Source: a bacterium
GTDB lineage: Bacteria; Patescibacteriota; Minisyncoccia; Minisyncoccales; CG1-02-41-26
NCBI GenBank assembly: GCA_030616605.1
Contig: JAUWWY010000001.1
Coordinates: 198,251-240,375 of the forward strand
Length of the DNA stretch: 42,125 nucleotides
Direction of reading: 5' to 3'
Shown one piece after another: positions 18,801 through 27,770 of this stretch. A program made the position numbers and the translations under genes. The notes below the pieces were generated by a model. It worked only from the letters and a program-made list of their open reading frames with translations. It made no database searches and was not told where the DNA came from. Positions within the stretch are counted from its first letter, which is position 1. Every line of letters begins with the position of its first letter.

Positions 18801-19373
18801 TTATTCTTCCAACTCGGCTAAAAGATTAACAAGGAGATGATCCATAATCATTTGAAAATCTTCGGTATGAGGGGTTCTTCTTTTATCATCTAAACATGGA
18901 ATAATAACACAGGCATCAGCTTCTTTAGCTGTAGCGCCAGTATCTTTACCGACAACCCCAACAATTTTAGCCCCGATCTCCTTGGCATAATTAATGGCCT
19001 CCACTAAATTCTTTGATGTTGTCTCTGTGCCCCCACCTACGGAAAATATAAAAAGACAATCATCAGGCCTTAAATGATGCATTTCTAGTTGCCTCTTAAA
19101 AATAGATTCCCAACCTTCATCGTTAACCAAGGCAGTCAATAAAGCTGGATTATCACTTAAACAAATACTGGAGATTTTAGCAATCTTGTTAAAATCATTT
19201 GCCGAATGAGAACCGGTTCCTGCTCCTCCTCCTACCCCCAAGAAAAAAATCCTTGCTTTATTTCTCCTGACCTGACTTAAAACTTCTATCATTTTCTCAA
19301 TTGCCTTCTGGTCTAAACTATTAGCAATCTCTGCAGTTTCTTTTAAATAGTTATTAATAAAATTATTTATCAT
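18801..19373 (-). CDS. gmhA: SIS-domain phosphoheptose (sedoheptulose-7-P) isomerase, GmhA-like
   Basis: FFLGVGGGAGTGSHSANDF, LTALVNDEGWESIFKRQL, IFSVGGGTETTSKNL. I chose the start at MINNF (19373), 4 nt after the upstream stop, not 19427. Confidence 0.7.
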   Translation of the reverse strand: MINNFINNYLKETAEIANSLDQKAIEKMIEVLSQVRRNKARIFFLGVGGGAGTGSHSANDFNKIAKISSICLSDNPALLTALVNDEGWESIFKRQLEMHHLRPDDCLFIFSVGGGTETTSKNLVEAINYAKEIGAKIVGVVGKDTGATAKEADACVIIPCLDDKRRTPHTEDFQMIMDHLLVNLLAELEE

Positions 19374-19377
19374 ATAT

Positions 19378-20376
19378 TTATAAATTAATAATTTTTTTAT
19401 TTTTTGATGATTTATATAGAACATCAATGATTTTGTTTGCCATCATCCCATCATAGCTATTTCCCGAGGGTTCTCTTTTCTCTTTAATAGCGGAAATAAA
19501 TTCTTTCCATTCTTCTTTCAAAGAGGTATCTTTTTCAAATTCAAAAATTTTCTCATCCGGCCTTTTTCCTAATTTTCTCCGAAGGCCAATTATAAGCATT
19601 TCCTTTCCATAACTTCCTCCTAATCCATCAACTATAATATATCCTTTTTCTCCGAAAATCTCAAATAAAAACTTGTTTTTCCATTGAGTAGTACTGACTT
19701 GAAAATAAAGTAATTTTCTATCATTTGTCCTTAAAATACAGAAAGAGTTGTCTTCTAAATTGCTTTTTCTCCAAAACAAATTTTCATTTATGGCAACCCC
19801 TTCTTTGAATTCGCCTAAAAACCATCTGGCTAAATCTATAATATGAATACCTTGGTCTAATAATTGTCCACCTCCGGATATTTTTTGCATTCGCCACTCA
19901 GTATCATATCCCTTTCTTCCACCATGGCCATAAACTGCCCTTATATACATTAGTTTCCCAATAATACCTTTATTGACTAATTCATGGGCCTTTTTTATGG
20001 CTGGGTGAAATCGATGATTAAAACCAACTTTCAAAATAACTTTTTCTTTTTTAGCTAAATCGAAAAGAAGTTCTGCCTCTTTATAATTCCTTCCCAATGG
20101 TTTTTCGCAGAGAATATTCTTTTTAGCTCTAATTGCTTCCTTGCATATTTTCAGTAAGGCACTAGTGGGAACGGCAATAATAGTAATATCAATATTTCTA
20201 TCATCTATTAATTCTTGATAACTAGCCGCGATTTTACAGCCAATTCTTCGGCCTAATCTTTGACTTTTCTTTTTATCAATGTCAAAAACAGCTGTTATTT
20301 TGTCTTTTGATGATTTCAATATAGCATCGGCTCTCTTGTTCCCTATCAAACCAGCACCAATTATTCCTACTCTCAT
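19378..20376 (-). CDS. Gfo/Idh/MocA-family NAD(P)-dependent sugar oxidoreductase
   Basis: MRVGIIGAGLIGNKRA Rossmann start and the EKP motif in ILCEKPLGRN. Confidence 0.8.
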   Translation of the reverse strand: MRVGIIGAGLIGNKRADAILKSSKDKITAVFDIDKKKSQRLGRRIGCKIAASYQELIDDRNIDITIIAVPTSALLKICKEAIRAKKNILCEKPLGRNYKEAELLFDLAKKEKVILKVGFNHRFHPAIKKAHELVNKGIIGKLMYIRAVYGHGGRKGYDTEWRMQKISGGGQLLDQGIHIIDLARWFLGEFKEGVAINENLFWRKSNLEDNSFCILRTNDRKLLYFQVSTTQWKNKFLFEIFGEKGYIIVDGLGGSYGKEMLIIGLRRKLGKRPDEKIFEFEKDTSLKEEWKEFISAIKEKREPSGNSYDGMMANKIIDVLYKSSKNKKIINL

Positions 20377-20377
20377 A

Positions 20378-21232
20378 TTATTTTTTTATTTCTTTAAAAT
20401 ATTTATTGTCTATTCTTCTTAAAGTATAATTCGAAGATTTCATAATATCTTTTATTTTTTTCTTATCCAATTTTCTCCAATTATCCCATTTAGCACTTAT
20501 TAACTTCCCTGATAATTTATCTGACTTATTTGAGGCTAAAAATAATACAAGCTCAGCTGGGTTTTGGAGAGGAGTACCTCCACTTCTCAACTGTTTCTTG
20601 GCTTCAGATATTGCTTTTTTGCCAGCTTTTTTACCAGCTTCCAAGATCTCCTTTAACATTTTTGTATTCACTGCTCCTGGTGCAATAGCATTAACTTGAA
20701 TATTGTATTTTTTAAGTTCATCGGCTAAAACTTCAGTCAAACGAACTATTGCAGTTTTTGAAGCAGCGTAAGCGGAAAAATTTGGCCGAGAACTTGTTGC
20801 CCCACCTCCAGAAAAATTAATTATCTTCCCTCTCTTTTGTCTTTTCATATAAGGTAAAACTTCTTTTGTACAAAGGAAGGTTCCAAAAAGGTTAACTTCT
20901 ATAGTCCTGAACCAATCGTTTGAATTATTCTTTTCTAAAGGACCAATCTGACCTTGAACTCCAGCATTATTCACTAAAATATCAATTTTACCAAATCTTT
21001 GCAGAGTGTTTTTTACCATTCTCTTTACCTCTTTTGGATTTGAAACATCTACCTTTATTCCGAGAACATCTCCCCCAAGATCTTTTATTTTTTCTACTGT
21101 ATCTTTTATCTCAGCTTGTAAGAGAGAGGCCACAACAACATTAGCTCCTTCTTGAGCAAAAGTTAAAGCAATACATTCACCTATTCCTCTTCCAGCTCCC
21201 GTTATAATAGCAATTTTATTTTTTAGTAACAT
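20378..21232 (-). CDS. Classical short-chain dehydrogenase/reductase (SDR)
   Basis: ITGAGRGIG, NNAG, YAASKTA (YxxxK), plus a ~60-aa C-terminal extension. Confidence 0.85.
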   Translation of the reverse strand: MLLKNKIAIITGAGRGIGECIALTFAQEGANVVVASLLQAEIKDTVEKIKDLGGDVLGIKVDVSNPKEVKRMVKNTLQRFGKIDILVNNAGVQGQIGPLEKNNSNDWFRTIEVNLFGTFLCTKEVLPYMKRQKRGKIINFSGGGATSSRPNFSAYAASKTAIVRLTEVLADELKKYNIQVNAIAPGAVNTKMLKEILEAGKKAGKKAISEAKKQLRSGGTPLQNPAELVLFLASNKSDKLSGKLISAKWDNWRKLDKKKIKDIMKSSNYTLRRIDNKYFKEIKK

Positions 21233-21233
21233 A

Positions 21234-22220
21234 TTAAAGATTTACCAAAATTTTTGAACCTTCTAATTCGAATTTAAATGGCATTTCTCTTAAACCATTT
21301 TTGGTCATTACTTCCCGCAATTTCTTTTTATCGCCATCACAATAAAACAGAAAGAAGCCGCCGCCGCCAGCTCCCATTATTTTTCCTCCTAATACATCGT
21401 TTTCTTTGGCTAACTCATAAAGAGTGTTTATTCGAGGGTTAGATATCTTGTTTGACATCTTTTTTTTGGTCTGCCAATGCTCATCCATCAATCTTCCGAA
21501 ATTTCTCAGATCACCTCTTTCTAAACTGTTTTTTATCTCACTGCCTATTTCTTTTATTCTGGTCAAAGATTTCGTTACCTCGCTTTCATCTATTTTGGCT
21601 TGAGCACTTTGTTTAGCTAAAATACTTGATGATTCACGAGAAATACCAGTGAAATACATAACTAATTTGTTTTCTAATTCTTCTATAATATCTCTTGATA
21701 GATTTGCTTTTGAAACTTTGACCTCCCCATTTTTTTCTATATCCATAATTGTGAATCCGCCAAAAGCAGCTAAATACTGGTCGTGTTTGCCAACCGGCTT
21801 TTTCAAAACATCAATTTCTATTTTACATGCCTCTTCGGCTAATTCTTGAGTTAAGAGATTTTCTCTTTTTAATTCATGTAATCCTTTTAAGAGCCCTACT
21901 AAATAGGCGCCTGATGAGCCAAGACCAGTACCAGCCGGCACATCGGCTAAAGAAGCAATCTCAATATTGTTCTTTATTCCTGTATATTTTAATGATTCTC
22001 TAACTAATTCGTGTTTAATTTCTTCAATAGTTTTTACTGTTTCCGATTTTGAATATTTAATCCGTATCAAATCATCAGCAGCTGGTCGGTTAATACAAAT
22101 ATACATATATTTATTAAGAGTGGCACTGAATATAAAACCTCCGTATTTCGAGTAATAAGAGGGCAAATCGGTTCCTCCGCCTCCTAAAGATATTCTAAAT
22201 GGTGTTCTCACAATAATCAT
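21234..22220 (-). CDS. hddA: GHMP-family sugar kinase, HddA-like (D-glycero-alpha-D-manno-heptose 7-phosphate kinase)
   Basis: MIIVRTPFRISLGGGGTDLPSYY, GHMP motif II PAGTGLGSSGAY, C-terminal GAGGGGFFLFY. Confidence 0.7.
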   Translation of the reverse strand: MIIVRTPFRISLGGGGTDLPSYYSKYGGFIFSATLNKYMYICINRPAADDLIRIKYSKSETVKTIEEIKHELVRESLKYTGIKNNIEIASLADVPAGTGLGSSGAYLVGLLKGLHELKRENLLTQELAEEACKIEIDVLKKPVGKHDQYLAAFGGFTIMDIEKNGEVKVSKANLSRDIIEELENKLVMYFTGISRESSSILAKQSAQAKIDESEVTKSLTRIKEIGSEIKNSLERGDLRNFGRLMDEHWQTKKKMSNKISNPRINTLYELAKENDVLGGKIMGAGGGGFFLFYCDGDKKKLREVMTKNGLREMPFKFELEGSKILVNL

Positions 22221-22228
22221 ATTTCTAT

Positions 22229-22967
22229 TTATTTTTTATTTATTTTGTTTTTTATTTTTTCCCAAAAATCTTTTGTCTTTTTATAACATTCAAGGGTGTC
22301 AATGCCAAAAAGATATTCATTTTCAGGTATCAAATAAGCAAAAATGTCAACCTTTTTTTTTGAGAAGCAAGGGAAATAAATCCTTGCCAAAGTCGTAAAA
22401 TTTATTCTTAGGAATATATTTTAATATCTCCGGTTCCAAAACATAGATACCGGCATTAACAAAAAGAATTTTATTATTGCTTCCTTCTCTAAAACTTTTT
22501 ATTTTAAAGGTTTTTTTATTATAAACTACTCTTCCTCCAGCAATACCGCTATTTTTATTCTTTGTTCTATCAAAAATGGCTATGGTAATAATTCCTTTGT
22601 TCTTTTTATGAAATTCTAATAATTTTTTTAAATTGCAGTTGGTGAAATTATCACCATAAACAACAAAAAACGTCTCTTTAAACTCTTTTTCAATCTTTTT
22701 TATTGCTCCAGCACTCCCCAAAATATTTTTCTCTTTGGAATAAATAATATTTACTCCAAATCTCTTTCCTTGGCCAAAATAATTTGTTATATTTTCCGGA
22801 GCATGATGAAGATTTATATAAATGTCTTTTATTCCGGCTTTTTTTACAATATCTAAGTTATATTCCAAAATTGGTTTTCCTCCAATTTCCATCATTATTT
22901 TCGATTTATTATCAGTAAACGGCCTCAATCTCGTGCTCTTTCCAGCTGCTAGAATCATTGCTTTCAT
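22229..22967 (-). pseudogene. hddC: Sugar-1-phosphate nucleotidyltransferase, HddC-like (heptose-1-P guanylyltransferase), interrupted by a frameshift in an A9 tract
   Basis: MKAMILAAGKSTRLRPFT...GGKPILEY signature. The ORF stops at 22347 right after AAAAAAAAA (T9 on the + strand, 22353-22361). The +1 frame continues VDIFAYLIPENEYLFGIDTLECYKKTKDFWEKIKNKINKK to a TAA at 22229-22231. This restores the conserved C-terminus and fills the otherwise empty 126-nt gap before hddA. Confidence 0.75.
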
Positions 22968-23896
22968 AAATTACTAATAACTTTATTTTTTATATAATCT
23001 ATACTGATTTTTAAACCATCTTCTAAATCAATTCTTGGCTGCCAGCCCAAAGATTCTGCTTTGCTTATATCAGCCAGGTTAATTTCCGCTTCCCCTGGTA
23101 AACTTTCTTTATAAACCGGTTTGATATTTACCCCTATTAGATTTTTTATGATATTGTAAATTTCATTTACGGAATAATTTTTTCCAGAACCAATATTATA
23201 AATATTATTGCTTACTTCTTCATTGTTTATTGCTAGAATGTGAAAATCATTAACATCATCAATATAGACAAAATCTCTTCTTTTCTCTCCGTTACCGTAG
23301 ATTGTCGGCCTTTCCTCTTTTAGTAGTTTAATAATAAAAGTACTCATTACTGGGGGTATAGTTCTTCTGTAATCTTGTCTTGGTCCGTAGACATTAAAAT
23401 AGCGCAAACCCACAAAGTTTAATCTATAAAATTTATTGTATGCTGCAGCAAATATTGAATCTGCTAATTTGCTTTTTGCATAAAAACTCAGGGGTTTTTC
23501 TTCGGTTTCTGGGGTAGGAAATAAATCAGTGCCTTCATAAATAGCGGATGATTCAGCATAAACCACTTTTTTAACCAAAGCTCTTTTAGCTGCTTCAAAG
23601 ATGTTTAGAGTGCCAGTTATATTTATATCCGCAGTTTCTATTGGGTCTTTTTGACAATCGCTGATACAATTTTTTGCTGCCAAATGAAAAACAACCTCAA
23701 TATCCTTAAATAACGGATATATATTTTTTGACCTTATATCTTCTTGATAGAATTTCACCTCTTTTGGTATTTGTTCTTTTACCCCTTGGGAAAGATTATC
23801 AATACCAATAACTTTATATCCTTCTTTTATTAATCTCTCTGCTAAATTGCTTCCAATAAAGCCCGCTACCCCTGTTATTAAAATATTCTTTACCAT
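22964..23896 (-). CDS. Extended-SDR NAD-dependent sugar epimerase/dehydratase
   Basis: ITGVAGFIGSNL, YAKSK (YxxxK), RYFNVYGPRQ. Confidence 0.85.
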   Translation of the reverse strand: MVKNILITGVAGFIGSNLAERLIKEGYKVIGIDNLSQGVKEQIPKEVKFYQEDIRSKNIYPLFKDIEVVFHLAAKNCISDCQKDPIETADINITGTLNIFEAAKRALVKKVVYAESSAIYEGTDLFPTPETEEKPLSFYAKSKLADSIFAAAYNKFYRLNFVGLRYFNVYGPRQDYRRTIPPVMSTFIIKLLKEERPTIYGNGEKRRDFVYIDDVNDFHILAINNEEVSNNIYNIGSGKNYSVNEIYNIIKNLIGVNIKPVYKESLPGEAEINLADISKAESLGWQPRIDLEDGLKISIDYIKNKVISNL

Positions 23897-23956
23897 AATT
23901 ACTATTTTATAATTAAAAATTTATCGGTGGTTTAGTTAGACATGAATTATTCGGAC

Positions 23957-24643
23957 TTAGCTAATTTCATTATATGCCCTTTTTGATTCCCGACAAAAAA
24001 CCATAATATTCGGCTCTAACCAAAACACAATAAACTTCCCTGCTTCAGCATTTTCCTTTATTTTCCGTCTAAGTAAATCTGTCATCTTCTTATCAAATCT
24101 GAAAGAATGCTTTTTAAACTTTTCAATCCACCATTTGTGAGGTTGCTCATTAACATGGCATTTACCACCTTGATTAGGAGTGGCAGCAGTAAAAATTATC
24201 AAATCCGAACAATCACACATTGATTTTAGATAAACATCTGAATATTTTTTATCTATATGCTCCGCTACCTCTATGGACAATGCAATATCATATTTTCTGT
24301 TAAGATTTAGGGGTTTTCGTAAATCGTGCTGGATTATATATTTCTTATCAACCAGCAAGTTAGAGAACGCTGCAGGGCTTCCCTCCACTCCAAGAACATC
24401 TGAAACTCCTTCTTTAAGCGCATAAAACAAGTAATGGCCAGTAGCACAACCAAGATCAATAAGGCTCTGGAATTCAAAAATATCCTGTAAAAGTGATATA
24501 AACCATTCAGCTATCTTTAATCCTTCTTTTTGGTTAGAAAGGAAAAAATCCTTGTTATAAATTCTTAAATTATACTTCCAACCAAAAAATGCAACTACGT
24601 TGTATATTTTTCTTTTAATTTTATAGTATATTAATTTCAACAT
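23957..24643 (-). CDS. Class I SAM-dependent methyltransferase
   Basis: Motif I LIDLGCATGHY, plus IALSIEVAEHID. Confidence 0.75.
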   Translation of the reverse strand: MLKLIYYKIKRKIYNVVAFFGWKYNLRIYNKDFFLSNQKEGLKIAEWFISLLQDIFEFQSLIDLGCATGHYLFYALKEGVSDVLGVEGSPAAFSNLLVDKKYIIQHDLRKPLNLNRKYDIALSIEVAEHIDKKYSDVYLKSMCDCSDLIIFTAATPNQGGKCHVNEQPHKWWIEKFKKHSFRFDKKMTDLLRRKIKENAEAGKFIVFWLEPNIMVFCRESKRAYNEIS

Positions 24644-24663
24644 TTTAAATTATTTATTTATGA

Positions 24664-25968
24664 TTAGTTTATTCTTACTAAGATTTTTCTAAGAAAAATC
24701 TTAAATTTGGTCGAGAAAGCAACGAAAGTTTTTTTGATTATAAATGAAGATTTTTGAGGATTTAAAAAACAATATTTAATTCTGTAAAAAATAAGTATTA
24801 ATATGCTTGGGTTTTTATAACCATTTTTAGGTATTATCTGAGAACATTCTTTGTTCCCCTCAATATCATTTATGGTGTCTATATAAAGTTTCTCAAATCT
24901 TTTTTTTGTATTATCTATTAAATACTTTTCAGTAGCTAATTTCCTTGCTTTATCTCCTAATTTTATCCTTAACTCATCATCTAAAATTAGTTTGGTTAAA
25001 TACTCTTCATAATCTTTTTTATTTTTACAAACTTTTCCACAATCTCCTATAATCTCTATATGCCCATTCATTAATGCCCTATGAGACACAACTGGTAATC
25101 CATGTAGCATTGCCTCTTGAATTGCTGTACCATGACATTCTCCATCTTTTCTGCCATGGCAATATATATTTAAAGATAGGAGAAACTCACAAATTTTTCG
25201 CCAATCAGCTATCGGATTAAAAAATTTAACGCTATCTGAAATTCCTAAATTCTCTGCTTGTTTTCTATATAAATCACCTCCTCCCAAAATAATAAAATTT
25301 AATTTCTTGTGTTTGATCTTATTTTTTAATTTGGAGAAAACACTTAGAGGAATAGGTGAAAATATATCATTAGTCGGTCGCTGATGGAAACCAAGAGTTA
25401 ATTCGTTCTTGATTGAAAAAGGTTTATTGCAAGCAGAAGGATTTACCGATTCTAATATCCCCGGATAGATAACACTTCTTTTTTCAGGATTGCCCCCGTT
25501 GCTTAACCAAATGTCATCTATCCATTTAGAAATACAAACTGTTCTGTAAATATTTCCTGAAAAATCAATACTCCCAAAAATGTTCCACTCTATTATTGGC
25601 TTAGGAATATAGGTAAAGGGATATTCTGGATGACCAGATTTAGCTGTTTGAATAATATCGTATTTATTATGATTAAATACATTCCAAAAATTTGTATTTA
25701 TCCATTTATGTGTCGGGTCGGAAATATCTCTCTTTTCAACTTTAAATTCAATCGTTTTGACTCCATTATCTTCTAAGTATTTTTTTTGTATTAATGCTGT
25801 TGGATTTAAAATTGCACTACTGTACAAATCAATACCCGGATCACACCAATAGTAATCAACATTGAACAAATCTTTATTAAGATTTGCTGCTAATCTTATT
25901 AATTGTTTTTCCGTTCCTCCGCTTGTTAATCCTGTATATTTTATAAAAGCGATATTGATCTTTTGCAT
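24664..25968 (-). CDS. GT4-like (GT-B) glycosyltransferase with a hydrophobic/basic C-terminal tail
   Basis: FIILGGGDLYRKQAENLGISDSVKFF and GECHGTAIQEAMLHGLPVVSH. Confidence 0.7.
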   Translation of the reverse strand: MQKINIAFIKYTGLTSGGTEKQLIRLAANLNKDLFNVDYYWCDPGIDLYSSAILNPTALIQKKYLEDNGVKTIEFKVEKRDISDPTHKWINTNFWNVFNHNKYDIIQTAKSGHPEYPFTYIPKPIIEWNIFGSIDFSGNIYRTVCISKWIDDIWLSNGGNPEKRSVIYPGILESVNPSACNKPFSIKNELTLGFHQRPTNDIFSPIPLSVFSKLKNKIKHKKLNFIILGGGDLYRKQAENLGISDSVKFFNPIADWRKICEFLLSLNIYCHGRKDGECHGTAIQEAMLHGLPVVSHRALMNGHIEIIGDCGKVCKNKKDYEEYLTKLILDDELRIKLGDKARKLATEKYLIDNTKKRFEKLYIDTINDIEGNKECSQIIPKNGYKNPSILILIFYRIKYCFLNPQKSSFIIKKTFVAFSTKFKIFLRKILVRIN

Positions 25969-25984
25969 TTTAGAAAGAAAAATT

Positions 25985-26749
25985 CTATTTACAAATTTTA
26001 CTTATAATAGAAGTCTTTAATTCTTTAATCTTTCTCGGTGCTCTAAATCTAACCTTATAATAAACCCCTGAAATACTCCACCAAATATCAGAAAAAATAT
26101 TATTTTTTTCTGCTCTTATAGTAGAATAGCCAATGCACTTACCACTAATTCCTTTATAATATCCATCATTTTTAATGGCACTAAACGATAAATCCCAGTT
26201 AGACAAATTTTCCCTCCACCATTTTTCCTTTCGAATATACCATAAAGGAACTTGGATATTTTTATTATATGGCTCACAAAAATACAACATGGAACCAACT
26301 GGCATTTTATTTATAATCTCAAGAATTTTTTTAACATGATAGTCACCAATATGACTAAAGACCATACCAGTAGTAAATAAGCAAGGAATTTTTAAATCAA
26401 TAGATTTTAAAGCTTCAATCGCAGATAAATTTATAAACTTAATATTTTCATACTTTTTAGTAATCTCTTTTGCTATATCTATAGCTGCTTTCGATGGTTC
26501 TATTCCTATTACTGTTTTGAATAAAGAAGCAGTCTTATCTAATAACCAGCCAGCGCCACAACCAATATCTATATGAAGCTCTCTAATATGAGGGTTTCCA
26601 TCTATTATTTTTTAAAAACCATTTTTTTCAAACATTTTAAGCTCTTCATATTCTTTAAATCTCTGTTTATGCCATTCTGGGTCGGTTTTCTTATAATCAT
26701 TATCATGGGCTATATAACTATTATTGTCTATTCTTTTATCATCATTCAT
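25985..26749 (-). pseudogene. Class I SAM-dependent methyltransferase interrupted by an in-frame TAA
   Basis: My own translation of the - strand from the ATG at 26749 (overlapping the upstream stop) gives MNDDKRIDNN...ELKMFEKNGF-TAA-KIIDGNPHIRELHIDIGCGAGWLLDK...TTGMVFSHIGDYH..., all in one frame. The TAA is at 26612-26614. SAM motif I (IDIGCGAGW) lies between the stop and the first downstream ATG (26365). Confidence 0.7.
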
Positions 26750-27764
26750 ATTTTTTAAAAAATCGGTAAATTTTGTATAAAAAACTGTTGTAACTTAGTA
26801 AAGGTTGTAAATATTTATGATAAAACTTAATATAAAAATGTCTTGGGCTATCAATTTTATTTTCCGGTAGATTTTTAACTCCTCTTTTGATAGCTATCTG
26901 TCTTTTTTTCTCCCAGTCAACATCCCAAATATCCAACCACTTGAAATATTTAGTCCCATATTTTTTAAAATCCTGCAATATCTCCGTATCAAACCAATAT
27001 AATTTATCTTCTAAAAAATTTTCTAAATTTATCCCTCTTTTCTGCCAGGATTTCAGCCAAAATTCGGGAATATTTTTCAAAATTATGTTCCTTTCATCTT
27101 TTGTGTTCCAATATCTTGTATTTATGGCTAAAAAACTTTTTTTAGGAAAAACTCTTTTTTCCATTATCCGACAATGTTGCTGTTTTGAAAGCATCCGGCT
27201 CCAGAGAACAAATTGGAAATGCATTATTTTAACATTTTCGTATTTTAAAGGATTCTTTAAAAAAGCGTTGGGTATCTTGCCTTCATGAACATTGCCTAAA
27301 GTATAATTTGTTTTGCCATCATCTTTGAAAATAAAATATTTAAAGTTTTTCTGCCAAACCGATTTATCATCGCGATATTTTTTTGGACTTCGCCATAAAT
27401 TTACCCACTCCAGTATCACTGACTGGCCAGTTTTTAATGATATTAGAAGATTTTTCCAAGAAAAATCTTCTAATATGTTGACAGTTGGTATTTCGTCAGC
27501 ATCAAGACCAAAAATTATATTTCCAGCCCCAAAAAGTTGACGAGCTTTATCTAATAAAATCTGCCTTCTGTTCTTTTTGCCAGGATATCCCTCAGGATTT
27601 ATTAAATAAACAACTTTTAAGAATCTCTTACAAATTTCAGGCGTCTTATCTATAGAACCCTGATCACCCACAATAATATGGTCAGCAAACAAGGAAGCTG
27701 CCTTTAATGTTTTTTCTAAAATCCATTCCTCATTTCTAACTGGCATTAGAACAATAATTTTCAT
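26742..27764 (-). CDS. GT2-like (GT-A fold) glycosyltransferase
   Basis: MKIIVLMPVRNEEWILEKTL...IIVGDQGSIDKTPEI and GLDADE (DxD). Confidence 0.65.
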   Translation of the reverse strand: MKIIVLMPVRNEEWILEKTLKAASLFADHIIVGDQGSIDKTPEICKRFLKVVYLINPEGYPGKKNRRQILLDKARQLFGAGNIIFGLDADEIPTVNILEDFSWKNLLISLKTGQSVILEWVNLWRSPKKYRDDKSVWQKNFKYFIFKDDGKTNYTLGNVHEGKIPNAFLKNPLKYENVKIMHFQFVLWSRMLSKQQHCRIMEKRVFPKKSFLAINTRYWNTKDERNIILKNIPEFWLKSWQKRGINLENFLEDKLYWFDTEILQDFKKYGTKYFKWLDIWDVDWEKKRQIAIKRGVKNLPENKIDSPRHFYIKFYHKYLQPLLSYNSFLYKIYRFFKKYE

Positions 27765-27770
27765 AGATTT

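Noticed and set aside
26116-26758. ORF-track entries 26116-26298 (-) and 26573-26758 (+), and the apparently non-coding 26366-26741 gap
   Set aside because: They are explained by the single methyltransferase reading frame 25985-26749 with an in-frame TAA. The listed ORFs are alternate-frame or antisense artefacts.
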